IMG/VR virus record: IMGVR_UViG_3300036987_000359
Span: 1 to 30,554 of that record
Reading direction: 5' to 3' (one strand)
Origin: a virus
Taxonomy: Duplodnaviria; Caudoviricetes
Length of the DNA: 30,554 nucleotides
A program made the translations under genes and the position numbers. Shown one piece after another: positions 24,961 through 30,554 of the stretch. The first letter of the stretch is position 1. The number at the start of each line of letters is the position of its first letter. The notes below the pieces were generated by a model, which did no database searches, had not been told where the DNA came from, and saw only the letters and a list, made by a program, of their open reading frames with translations.

Positions 24961-25346
24961 AATCGAACTGGGAACAAATGCCGCACAAGCTCAAACGACT
25001 GGCATTTCGGCTTCGCGCGCAAAGCAACCGCAGCAACATATTCGTCGCAAACCGCGCCCTCTCACTCGCACTCGCCAACGCAACCGCCATCTCCATCTGG
25101 ATTGACCCTGAAAAGAAACTCATCGCTGTTCAACCAGATCCCAAAGGCGAATTCGTGCCCGCCCAGCTCACAGCCCGGCCTTGGATCCTTCAGATTCACG
25201 CCCCCGGACTTCACGACAGAGTCGCCGATGTCCTGAACCTCGCCCACTCCAGGCACACATTTCCCGTCGTCATCCTCGACCAACAGCAACGCATCCATTC
25301 CCGCTATGACGCCAAGTGCCACCAGGCACTACTCTCCACCAAATGA
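24957..25346 (+). CDS. Hypothetical protein (129 aa)
   Basis: GGAG SD, ATGA coupling, MKSNWEQ...ISIWIDPEKKLIAVQPDPKG. Confidence 0.7.
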   Translation: MKSNWEQMPHKLKRLAFRLRAQSNRSNIFVANRALSLALANATAISIWIDPEKKLIAVQPDPKGEFVPAQLTARPWILQIHAPGLHDRVADVLNLAHSRHTFPVVILDQQQRIHSRYDAKCHQALLSTK

Positions 25347-25350
25347 CCCC

Positions 25351-25386
25351 CGGGGAGCCGCGGCCAACAAACGGCCCGGCTCCCCG
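25351..25386. terminator. Hairpin between convergent genes
   Basis: CGGGGAGCCG...CGGCTCCCCG perfect 10-bp stem between stops at 25346 and 25393. Confidence 0.7.
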
Positions 25387-25392
25387 AACACC

Positions 25393-25908
25393 TCATTTCA
25401 AATTCCCCACATCCAACCCCACGTAAACCCGCTCCAGACGCTTGTCCTTCCCCAACACAAACGTCACCCGCTCCGTCGAATAACCCAGATACTCACCCTC
25501 CGGCCACACGTCCCCCAGCATCTGCACGTTTGTCGCCGCCCCACGATGATCCGGCACGTCAAACATCTCCAACAACTCCTGCTCCGTCGCGCCGCGCGAG
25601 ATCCCGCCAAGCCTCTCCGTCTCCGTCACTCCGCCGTCCATCACCGCGTCTGCGAAATCCGCAACCAACCTCTTCAGCCGCGCCCGCCCGCCCTTCATAT
25701 CCGCCGGTGGCACAAACGCCTCAAACGCTCCTCGCGTCCGCGTCGGATCCGAAAGCCGCTCGACCCTCCTCGCAGCCTCCTGCTCAAGCCGCACCCGCTC
25801 ACGCCTATCCCGCGCCACGCGCGCATTCCAAGCCATCCCCCAAAGTCCCAGGGCAATCAGCACCACCGCGATCGCACATCCGCCAGGCCCACCCTTCCCG
25901 TCACTCAT
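25393..25908 (-). CDS. Accessory membrane-anchored protein (moron 2)
   Basis: N-terminal TM CAIAVVLIALGLWGMAW; GGGGAGGG SD. Confidence 0.75.
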   Translation of the reverse strand: MSDGKGGPGGCAIAVVLIALGLWGMAWNARVARDRRERVRLEQEAARRVERLSDPTRTRGAFEAFVPPADMKGGRARLKRLVADFADAVMDGGVTETERLGGISRGATEQELLEMFDVPDHRGAATNVQMLGDVWPEGEYLGYSTERVTFVLGKDKRLERVYVGLDVGNLK

Positions 25909-25919
25909 AACACCCTCCC

Positions 25920-26099
25920 CAAAACGGCTCCATGGTTCCGTTTTGACGCATCATTACGACACACATACGCCCATCGTCAACACCGTCAATCCGGTCCATA
26001 AGGTCAACCCCCACAGCCATTCACACTCGCACCTTCCGCAAAAACTCCAACACCGCCAGGTAATGCACCCCCGGAGGATCCCCGGCCGCGTCACAATAC
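25920..26099 (-). repeat. Copy of the repressor 3' end, promoter and palindromic box
   Basis: 25946-26099 matches 26717-26870 with 8 mismatches in 154 bp; box CAAAACGG-N10-CCGTTTTG at 25920-25945. Confidence 0.95.
25953..25980 (-). promoter_or_regulatory. Putative promoter for moron 2 (equivalent copy at 26724-26751 for moron 1)
   Basis: Minus strand TTGACG-N16-CGTAAT with TGn extension in this copy; the -35 is supplied by a 9-mer repeat unit. Confidence 0.5.
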
Positions 26100-26111
26100 C
26101 CCCACCGCCCC

Positions 26112-26618
26112 CTACTCCGCCCAGAAAATCGGCCGATCATACCGCGATCCACGAATCTCCCGCGCTCCCGACATCCGGAACTTCTCCGGAAACACCAATA
26201 CGAATTTCCCCTTCGCCCCAACACCGACTTTCGCCGTGTCGAACAACTGCTTCGTCACATCCCGAAGATTCGCAAACAGCAGCTTCGTGCCCACATCGAT
26301 ATGCCCATACTGGTCCTTCCTGCCATCAACGCCAAGCGCCTTGTCCATCCACGGCACAAAACCCGAGTCCGCCTTTCCCTTCGTGTTGTCGAGCTCCACC
26401 AAAACGAATGTCAGCGGCTCGCCCACTACCCGCTCGATCTCGGACATGTCCGCTGGCTGCAATTCGTCAATGCCCCTTTGCCTCGCGTCTCGCATTTCCA
26501 CCTCACCGCCGCTCGACGTCCCACCCCTCAACCGCCCCGCATCAACACGACCCGTCACCGCCACCAACAAAAGCGCCACTCCCAGCACCAACCAACCCGT
26601 CTGTCCTGCTCGTCTCAT
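26112..26618 (-). CDS. Accessory secreted protein (moron 1)
   Basis: Signal peptide MRRAGQTGWLVLGVALLLVAVTGRVDA; AAAGGTGG SD. Confidence 0.78.
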   Translation of the reverse strand: MRRAGQTGWLVLGVALLLVAVTGRVDAGRLRGGTSSGGEVEMRDARQRGIDELQPADMSEIERVVGEPLTFVLVELDNTKGKADSGFVPWMDKALGVDGRKDQYGHIDVGTKLLFANLRDVTKQLFDTAKVGVGAKGKFVLVFPEKFRMSGAREIRGSRYDRPIFWAE

Positions 26619-26646
26619 CTGTCCAATCCACCTTTCGTGTTTTCCT

Positions 26647-26715
26647 CAAAACGGAACCATTGGTTCCGTTTTGTAGGTGTTTGTCCTACAAATGCGCACC
26701 AATGGTTCGCATTTG
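26647..26715. promoter_or_regulatory. Two related 27-bp palindromes
   Basis: CAAAACGGAACCA-T-TGGTTCCGTTTTG (perfect) at 26647-26673 and CAAATGCGCACCA-A-TGGTTCGCATTTG at 26689-26715. Confidence 0.8.
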
Positions 26716-26791
26716 AACGCATCATTACGGCACACACACGCCCATCGTCAACACCGTCAATCCGGTCCATAAGGTCCATACCCACAGCCAT

Positions 26792-27352
26792 TCACACCCG
26801 CACCTTCCGCAAAAACTCCAACACCGCCAGGTAATGCACCCCGGGAGGATCCCCAGCCGCGTCACAATACTCCCGCAACCGCTCAAACTCGGCCCCCGTC
26901 ACGGGCTGCATCTTGCCCCAGATCGGCCCATCGAATACCAACCGCTCCAGATTCGTCCCGCGCAATCCTGCATCCAGGCTCGCGTGGATCTGGATCTCCT
27001 CCGCCGATCGCAATTCCGCATAACTCCACTTCGACCCAACCCCCGACTCACCAACTCCCAAACCCGCGCCAATCCCATGCCGCGCCAAATACCGCGCCTC
27101 ACGCCCACCCTCGTCAAGAGTGCCCACCAGGGGATCGCCAGCACCTGTCAGAACCCAGTCCATGCTGAGTCGGTAAAGCCGATGTAGCGTCTCCAGAAAC
27201 CGCCGCGATGGAATCTGATTATCCGTCTCAACCTTCGCAACAGTCACCCGCGCAACACCCATTCGTTCGGCCAGCTCCTCCTGCGTAATCCGCAAGACTT
27301 CTCCACGATACCATTTCACTCGCCCCCCTGGAGACAAAAGGCATTGTTCCAT
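26792..27352 (-). CDS. Prophage repressor, XRE/CI-type HTH
   Basis: ITQEELAERMGVARVTVAKVE...PS...LSMDWVLTGAG; divergent from the ner-like gene. Confidence 0.88.
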   Translation of the reverse strand: MEQCLLSPGGRVKWYRGEVLRITQEELAERMGVARVTVAKVETDNQIPSRRFLETLHRLYRLSMDWVLTGAGDPLVGTLDEGGREARYLARHGIGAGLGVGESGVGSKWSYAELRSAEEIQIHASLDAGLRGTNLERLVFDGPIWGKMQPVTGAEFERLREYCDAAGDPPGVHYLAVLEFLRKVRV

Positions 27353-27372
27353 TTTAGGCGATTTTCCTCTTG

Positions 27373-27396
27373 CAAATATAGAACATTCTGTTTTTG
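27373..27396. promoter_or_regulatory. Palindromic operator in the repressor/ner switch
   Basis: CAAATATAGAA-CA-TTCTGTTTTTG imperfect inverted repeat in an AT-rich 71-bp gap. Confidence 0.6.
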
Positions 27397-27423
27397 GTGA
27401 AGCGCCGATTAAGGAGACAACCC

Positions 27424-27630
27424 ATGAAGCCTAAGGAAATCAGAGCAGCTCTCATTCTCGCAGAAGTCACCAGCTTGCAGATCGCGCGACAGCTTGGAGT
27501 GTCAGGTGCAGCGGTATCACGCGTCATTTATGGGAACACTCGCAGCGCCAGAATCGAAACCGTCATCGCGAAGTCCATCGGAAGCACTCGTACCAAAGTC
27601 TTCGTCAACCGGCAAGAACAAGCTGCGTAA
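27424..27630 (+). CDS. ner: Ner-like transcriptional regulator
   Basis: MKPKEIRAALILAEVTSLQIARQLGVSGAAVSRVI...SARIETVIAKSIG...VF; AAGGAG SD. Confidence 0.82.
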   Translation: MKPKEIRAALILAEVTSLQIARQLGVSGAAVSRVIYGNTRSARIETVIAKSIGSTRTKVFVNRQEQAA

Positions 27631-27709
27631 AGAAAAGGGAACAGGAGCAGCCAACTCACGTCCACAAATGTTCTAAAAAACGCAAGCTCAATTCAAAGGA
27701 GAACACAGA

Positions 27710-27889
27710 ATGCCCCTCACCATCCACCGCGGACCGCTCGCCAGGCGACTCGCACCGCCACCATTCTACACCATCTTTCACCCGCTCGCCATCATCATCG
27801 TTCTCATCATGCGCATTCGTCCGTGCCGGTCCGTGTCCGTCCGCGTCCGTCCCTGCGCGCACCCTCTCCCCCTGGGGATCGCCCGATGA
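27710..27889 (+). CDS. 59-aa small protein, below the ORF track cut-off
   Basis: AAAGGAG SD; MPLTIHRG...LAIIIVLIMR...GIAR*; stop overlaps the next ATG (ATGA); includes a GTCCGT repeat at 27818-27853. Confidence 0.55.
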   Translation: MPLTIHRGPLARRLAPPPFYTIFHPLAIIIVLIMRIRPCRSVSVRVRPCAHPLPLGIAR

Positions 27890-28257
27890 CCACCGACAAC
27901 CACGCGGCCAACCTCATCGAGTCCGTCGCCTCCGCATGCGAAATCATCGAACTCCTCGCCGACTTCCAACCACGCAGACTCAAGGACATCCTCATCGCGC
28001 TCGAAGAACGCGGCAACGAATGGTCCCAAACCAAGGTCTACGCGCTCCTCGCCACTCTCGCAGCACGCCGATGGGTCGACAAACAAGAGGACGGATACTA
28101 CACCCTCAGCCCATACCTCGTATCCATCGCCGTCGCCTGGCAGAAAACACTCACCATCCGCGCAAGCGCCATCCGCCGCGAACTCGACACCATCACCGCC
28201 CTCGCAAACTCCCACATCACCACCGCCAACCCCGAAAGCCACGCCAATGGTCAATGA
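27886..28257 (+). CDS. IclR-type N-terminal HTH protein
   Basis: IESVASACEIIELLA...LKDI...TKVYALLATLAARRWVDKQEDGYYTLSP. Confidence 0.78.
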   Translation: MTTDNHAANLIESVASACEIIELLADFQPRRLKDILIALEERGNEWSQTKVYALLATLAARRWVDKQEDGYYTLSPYLVSIAVAWQKTLTIRASAIRRELDTITALANSHITTANPESHANGQ

Positions 28258-28459
28258 CACCCACAATCTCGACAAGATCCCATACGGATCCGCATGGCGA
28301 TCCGCCGTCTCCGTCGACGAACGCATCCGCGTCGTCTCCTCCATGTCCCTCTCTCAACTCGACATCGCCCTCAGCGATCCGGCCACCCAACCGTCCGTCC
28401 GCAAGCGCATCGAGGCCCGCATCCGCGCACTCCGGAAAAAAGGAGACTCCAATGACTGA
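28247..28459 (+). CDS. Hypothetical early protein (70 aa)
   Basis: Overlaps both neighbours; C-ending codon bias; ends SVRKRIEARIRALRK. Confidence 0.7.
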   Translation: MVNDTHNLDKIPYGSAWRSAVSVDERIRVVSSMSLSQLDIALSDPATQPSVRKRIEARIRALRKKGDSND

Positions 28460-28823
28460 CGCCGCCAACTACCCGCGCCCATTCTTCTGCGCCAGGATCG
28501 CCCTCAAACACGGAGCCGGCGAAACATTCTACCTCACCATGGACGGCGTCGACGAATCCGAATCCGATGGGTTCGGAGCAATCATCCACTCGCCTGAACG
28601 CGATACCGCCGCGGACGCCAGGTACGATCTGCCCGCACTCAAGGACATCTGCCAATTCATCGCCAACCGAACCAACCTGCGTCTCCATCTCACCGTCGAC
28701 ACCTCAATCCCCAAAGTCACCGCGTCAATCCCCGTCCCTGTCAATCCGGTCAATCTCGTCAACCCGGTCATCCCGCCCATTCTCAGAACCACAAACCCCA
28801 CCACCACAAGGAGCCCACTGTGA
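28452..28823 (+). CDS. Hypothetical early protein (123 aa)
   Basis: AAGGAG SD; C-terminal PVNPVNLVNPVIP encoded by the 9-mer array at 28722-28772. Confidence 0.7.
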   Translation: MTDAANYPRPFFCARIALKHGAGETFYLTMDGVDESESDGFGAIIHSPERDTAADARYDLPALKDICQFIANRTNLRLHLTVDTSIPKVTASIPVPVNPVNLVNPVIPPILRTTNPTTTRSPL

Positions 28824-29773
28824 AACACACCGCCCCCGCAACCACCGGCCCGGTCGCCGACGCCGTATCCAATCATGCCGTCGTCACCGGCCACCACGTA
28901 GAACTCGAACGCCGCCTGAAACCGTACCTGGACGGACAAGGCATCAACAAGCAACGCCTGATCGACGAGGCGGAGTTCATCTCGCGCCGCATGGCGTCCG
29001 ACTGCTTCGAACTCGGCAAACGCCTGCTCGTACTCAAAGAGATCTGCGAACATGGCGAGTTCCAGGACATTATCGAAACCCGGTTCCGCATCGGCGCACG
29101 ATGGGGGAGAGTCCTCTTGGAATTCGCCCACGCATGTGTCGCCCTGCGTGACGCCTCCAAGGGGCTCCTCGATTTCAATACCCTCAAACGCGCCGATGCC
29201 AAGAAGATGTGCCTGCTCGGAAACATCGCTGAGGTCTACGCCGACGAGCTCAGCGATTCCGGCACCATCGACGGCGACACCGTCGACGAACTCCTCGCTT
29301 ACTCCCGCGATGAACTCGCCGCACGAGTCCGCCAGCTCGAAGCCAAGGTGTCCGACGGACGCGACCAACTCGCGAAACGAGACGAGAAGCTCGCAACGAT
29401 CGACTCCCAACTCCGCGAACTCCGCGAACACAAGCCCGGATTCGTCTGCACCAGGAGCGCCGAACTCCGCCGCGCCATCGCAAACGCCGCACACCAGTTC
29501 CGATCCACCTGCCCACGCGCCACCGACCCCACACCTGCCGAAATCACGGAACTCTTCGCACTCAAGGAGTTCGTCCAACGCGCCGCAACCATCCTCTGCG
29601 AACACATCGAGCAACGGTGGCCCGAAGTTCACGATCTCGACAATGCTGACGCCATTCGCGCCGCACGCCATCACGCCGAGACCGTCATCCTCGGCTCCCG
29701 CATCGACGACCGCCCGCTCCCACCCGCCGCCGAAGTCCATGACATCGACGGCAACGGACACCGGAATCACTAA
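28820..29773 (+). CDS. DUF3102-like early protein of Mu-like phages
   Basis: ELGKRLLVLKEICEHGEFQDII motif, coiled coil, directly upstream of the transposase; AAGGAG SD, GTG start. Confidence 0.75.
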   Translation: MKHTAPATTGPVADAVSNHAVVTGHHVELERRLKPYLDGQGINKQRLIDEAEFISRRMASDCFELGKRLLVLKEICEHGEFQDIIETRFRIGARWGRVLLEFAHACVALRDASKGLLDFNTLKRADAKKMCLLGNIAEVYADELSDSGTIDGDTVDELLAYSRDELAARVRQLEAKVSDGRDQLAKRDEKLATIDSQLRELREHKPGFVCTRSAELRRAIANAAHQFRSTCPRATDPTPAEITELFALKEFVQRAATILCEHIEQRWPEVHDLDNADAIRAARHHAETVILGSRIDDRPLPPAAEVHDIDGNGHRNH

Positions 29774-29784
29774 GGTTTCTCCCG

Positions 29785-30477
29785 ATGAAGATCCCCGATC
29801 TCGAGACCGCTCAAATAGCGCGCGACTTGTCACTCTGCGCAAATTCCCGCGACCGCTCCCGTTGCGTCGCGCGCTACTCTCTCCAATTCCGATGCACGCC
29901 ACAGGCCGTCTACAACGCCGCCAACCGCGCCGGATTCTCGTCCGGACGCCCCACCCGGGCAGACCGCGGATCCCGGCGTAAACCTGTCTCCGACGCACAG
30001 CTCGCCCAGGTAGCCGCGCTCATCCACTCCACCCACACCGAGAAGAACCGCATCCCCATGTCCGCCGAGACCGCGATCTTCCTCGCCGAAAACAACCACA
30101 TCATCCCGCCGGAAACCGTAACACCCGAATACCTCAACACCTGGATGCGACGCCACGCGATCGCCAAATCTGATGCGACCCGCCCCACGCCACACTCCCG
30201 CCTGCGCTCACTCCGACCAAACCACGTCCACGTCTTCGACACCTCCGTCTGCGCACAATGGTATCTCGACAACCGCGGGGGAGTGCGACTCCAGCCCCGC
30301 GGAACCGCCCTCTACAAGAACAAGCCCGCAAACGACCGCGCAAAGGTCATCCGATACCTCCTCGTCGATCACTTCTCCGGAGCACTCTTCGCATGGTACG
30401 CCCACACCGAACAGGTCTTTGACCTGGTCCTCGTGTTTGGCCCTTTTTCAGCACATGGACGCGTAAATCACCGCTGA
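29785..30477 (+). pseudogene. MuA-like DDE transposase, truncated at ~30425
   Basis: RPTRADRG, LRSLRPNHVHVFDTSVC..WYL, LYKNKP.N, RYLLVDHFSG motifs; stops at 230 aa with only the first catalytic Asp; the last ~17 codons have a different composition. Confidence 0.8.
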
Positions 30478-30554
30478 TTGGAGGGGTGTGTTGATTTTCA
30501 GGGGCTTCGGCGGGTGGTGGTGTGTGTTTGCGAAGCGGTCGAAATTGGGCAGTG

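Larger units (their letters stand above)
1..30426. mobile_element. Mu-like transposable prophage, B3/BcepMu-like divergent organisation; both ends outside the window or lost
   Basis: MuA-like transposase, Ner, repressor, DUF935-like portal, gpF, gpI-like protease, gpT-like capsid, gp36-like and gpG-like genes in Mu-like order; early and late arms diverge from the immunity region. Confidence 0.92.

Noticed and set aside
26021-26224. 67-aa ORF ending in the repressor C-terminal peptide
   Set aside because: Its 5' part is an alternative frame of moron 1 with no clear SD; treated as part of the duplication
25946-26870. Diversity-generating retroelement TR/VR pair at the repressor 3' end
   Set aside because: The 8 mismatches are not confined to adenines on either strand, the coding changes are synonymous, and no reverse transcriptase or Avd gene is visible in the window
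6332-28772. CRISPR arrays or REP/MITE elements
   Set aside because: Units are 7-9 bp, contiguous, with no unique spacers, no terminal inverted repeats and no cas genes
28529-29998. 489-aa minus-strand ORF
   Set aside because: Antisense shadow of the plus-strand early genes, which have SD sites and recognisable motifs

Overview
Most of a Mu-like (transposable) prophage or phage genome with B3/BcepMu-type divergent layout. A CI-like repressor (26792-27352, -) and a Ner-like gene (27424-27630, +) sit back to back. The early arm (small HTH genes, DUF3102-like gene, MuA-like DDE transposase) runs on + to the right edge, where the transposase is cut off at ~30425 by DNA of opposite base skew. The late arm runs on - from ~24040 to the left edge: lipoprotein, holin, endolysin, TerS/TerL, portal fused to gpF, protease/scaffold, decoration protein, gpT-like capsid, gp36-like, HU-like, tail tube, gpG-like, tail terminator, -1 frameshifted tail chaperones, tape measure, a 1346-aa tail tip protein, and a pectin-methylesterase-like tailspike absent from the ORF track. 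No sheath gene is visible, so the tail is probably non-contractile. The main unexplained signal is a family of composite short tandem repeats (alternating 9-mers CCGTCAATC/CGGTCAATC, GTCC runs, 7-mers ATCTG[AC][AG] or TTCAGAA) at more than 20 loci. All have the same genomic polarity, occur at many late gene junctions, and are also inserted in frame inside essential genes. Other oddities: a 154-bp duplication of the repressor 3' end plus promoter that brackets an accessory gene, and a strong C>G skew that ignores transcription direction. All product calls come from motif recognition and synteny, not database searches.
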